Source: Eledone cirrhosa
Taxonomy: Eukaryota
Length of the DNA: 64,000 nt
Assembly (NCBI GenBank): GCA_964016885.1
Contig: OZ024740.1
Location: 354,268,001 to 354,332,000, forward strand
Direction of reading: 5' to 3'
This document shows, one piece after another, positions 61,207 to 64,000 of the stretch. The position numbers and the translations under genes were made by a program. The notes beneath the pieces were generated by a model. That model had not been told where the DNA came from, made no database searches, and worked only from the letters and a program-made list of their open reading frames with translations. Numbering within the stretch: position 1 is the stretch's first letter; the number at the start of each line of letters is the position of its first letter.

Positions 61207-61442
61207 CTGAGGAAAATAAAGGTTTACTTATTTCAATAATACAGTTAAAATATCAAAAATGCATATGTAACTGAGACAAAAAAAATGTATACAGATATAC
61301 ACATAAAGAGTTTATTTCAAAAGCATGTGGTTTCAGGTTTGGACAAGTGTCTTTTATTATAGATTCAGGTTGACCAATACCTTGAGAATTAAATACTATA
61401 GATAGAAGCTCTAAGGAAGTATAGCATGTGTGTCTGTATATA

Positions 61443-62709
61443 CAGGGTGCGGATGGTATTTGAGGACAGATTTATGGTTAAAAAACCCCCACATATAATG
61501 ACAGAAAAGAACTGTATTCTTATAAAAATAATATAAACATAAAGCCAAATTATCAATTTAATAATTTCATTCAATAAAACCACAATAAGCATCAATAACT
61601 GCCTCTATATGGGGTCGAAATCGTTTGCAAGCTCGGATTAAGTGGTCCTTGTTCATATCGGACATAGCTCGAATTATGGCGGCTTTCAAAGAATCTTTGG
61701 TGCTATGGGGGTGTTCATTGACATTTTTCTCAACAATGCTCCCTACATAGTCCAGTGGATTGAGATCTGGAGAATTGGGAGGCCAAATGTTGGAGGTGAT
61801 GTGATCATGCCAATTGTCAGCCATCTATTCTTGTGTCATTTGAGCCTTGTGTGATGGTGCAGAATCTTGTTGAAAGACATAAAGCCTTCCATTGCATACA
61901 CTGTTGATCCAAGGCTTAATAACTTTATCCAGAACCTCAATATATGCAGCAACATTCACCCTAAGGCCTTGTGGAAAAAAGTGAGGAGGCATCACATGTC
62001 CTTCATTGCTAACAACACCCAAAACCATGACACTTGCCGGAAACCAGAAGGGTCTGCACATAGCCACCTGTCATTTCTTCTGTTAGTTTTGTGCGCTTGG
62101 TCAAAGTTTTTCTCATCTGAGAAAAACCAAATCACACCATCTTCTGATGGATTTTAAGTTTGTTTAAAAGTCTTTTGGATCTGATTAAATGCTTTTCTTT
62201 TGTTTTTTCTGACATGAATTGACCTCTCCTCATCACGTAAGATTTGTATCTGATGTCTTCATGCACAACATTGTTTTTTCTGACACACCAACATTGTTTG
62301 CAATTGACCTCATTGATTTTCTGACACACCAACATTGTTTGCAATTGACCTCATTGATTTTCCTGGATTGTCATCAATATTTTGCTTAACTTCCTGAATA
62401 AATTGAGGTGACCTCATAGAATCAGAGCGTTTGGAATGTTTTTTAATTTTTGATACCGGTAATACACTTCCATCTTCTTTCTCTAACTCACACTGGATCT
62501 TGTGGACAAAAGATCTTGCAACTTTCAGAAAACGAGAAATGTCTAAACACCCATGATTAGCCTTCAAAGCCACAATCACAGCATGCCTTTTCATTTCATT
62601 AGTAAGCATAGTTATTTTCATTGTTACTTTCTGAAATGGAAGTTCAATAAAAATTAGTCAAATAAAATAATGACTAAAAATACATGTGTCCTCAAATACC
62701 GTCCGCACC

Positions 62710-62712
<3 letters not shown>
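61443..62712 (-). mobile_element. Tc1/mariner transposon, DD37D (maT/Bmmar1-like), defective transposase 61567-~62620
   Basis: 26-bp TIRs cagggtgcgga[t/c]ggtatttgaggaca, TA TSDs; WFFSDEK, FQQDSAPSHKA, WPPNSPDLNPLDY with 37 codons between the 2nd and 3rd D; in-frame stop at 61825 and frameshifts. Confidence 0.93.
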
Positions 62713-62734
<22 letters not shown>

Positions 62735-62745
<11 letters not shown>

Positions 62746-63092
62746 AAGTGCCAGGAAAAGCAATTAGATGTGTCAAAGACATGACAGCCTCCCTAGTGCT
62801 GGTGATCTACATAATAAATGCACCCAGTATACTCTTTAAAGTGGTCGGTGATAGGAAGAGCATCCAGCAGTAGATAAGCTACCAAACAAAGGGTCAGGAG
62901 GACCCTTTAGCTGTGTCAAAGACATGATAATCTCTCTAGAACAGGTGTCAAGATACAATGCATTCAGTAGAGTGCAGAACTGTATGTAAGAAAGTTGCAG
63001 GTCCCTAGCCCATCTGAGAGGTCAGGTCAGTATCCACATGAAAAATTGACTCTAGCAAGCAGAGAAAACAGACGTTAAATGATGATGATGAT
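62735..63092 (+). mobile_element. Decayed SINE with RTE-type (gat)n tail
   Basis: gcacccagtatactctttaaagtggtcggtgataggaagagcatccagc ... gacgttaaatgatgatg. Confidence 0.55.
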
Positions 63093-64000
63093 ACCAGCAT
63101 CAAGCAAATGCCTTGTCACACATCACTATGAAATTGATAAGATGCTTGCATGTTTCAATAGATTTTCCTTCTCTGTCCCTTTAAAGTAATTATTTAACAA
63201 CAAAGATTGAATTGAAGAGTTTTTCTGAAGACGCTTTGTTTCTTCAAAATGTGTAATGAAATGTATCATGGCACTTAAACTAAAAGAATCAAATGAAGGT
63301 CATTGTTATTATTAGCATGCAGAGCTGATATGGAACTGTTACTATTACAATAATACAATTGAATAAGCTCAAGCTATATGTTTAAATTGATATCAACCAC
63401 AAAAAAAACAAAAACTTATGTATACCTCTCTTCATACCTACATAAATAGTATATACAAGATTATAAAAGTAATAAGTAAATAATTTAAGTCATTTGGCTA
63501 ATTCTGTATTTTTAAATAAAAAAGGAAGAAGCTGATTGTTAGATAAGACCAAGAAAGCAGGAGGCAGGATTTAAACTCAGAACATACAGAGCCAGAACAG
63601 ATATTGCAAAGCAGCCTGTCCAAATCATTAATAATTCTGCTAATCCACAGGTTCTGGATTGGTACTTTGTTTATAAACTTCAAAAAGATGAAAGGCAAAC
63701 TTGTCCTCTGCAGGATTTGAACTCAGAATACAAATAGTCAGAACAAACACTGAGGCATTTAATTTGATACTTTAATATCTTTGTGTCCATTCTATACAGA
63801 AACACCCCATTGAAAATTACTTATAACTCTTGGCTTACTGTGATCACATCAATGACCTCATATTCATGCAAGATGGGGCCTCTCCTCATTTTACACACAC
63901 TGCCCGTGAGTGGCTTGATGTCCAAGTTCCATGACGTTGGCTGGGTCATTGAGGTCCACATGAATGGCCTGCAAGAAGCCCTGACTTAATGTTATGCAAT

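Overview
Eukaryotic, very AT-rich, intron-containing DNA. The SINE/LINE repertoire and huge (TA)n tracts resemble an octopus-like cephalopod genome (inference). Two convergent protein-coding genes are visible: (i) a + strand orphan gene with a ~2.1 kb K/S/N-rich exon (4039-6163) spliced in phase to a terminal exon (6852-6998); (ii) the 3' half of an ABCA1/2/4/7-clade lipid transporter on the - strand, with 11 GT-AG exons from 61206 to 37973 covering TMD2, NBD2 and the VFxxFA tail. Between them lies a ~21 kb degenerate (TA)n field (15035-36350, one 200-N gap). It carries an inverted pair of near-identical RTE LINEs with a PHD finger inside the ORF, an apparently full-length second RTE-type LINE, and SINE fragments. 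Also present: a DD37D (maT) mariner, hAT and piggyBac-like MITEs, CR1/L2 and Vingi-like remnants, many tRNA-derived SINEs and a 21-bp minisatellite. The most unexpected signal is a type I hammerhead ribozyme motif (14491-14573) inside a 512-bp unit bounded by 61-bp direct repeats, a retrozyme/Penelope-like layout. A second, minimal hammerhead candidate lies at 25239-25304 (-). All calls are from reading the sequence; no searches were run.
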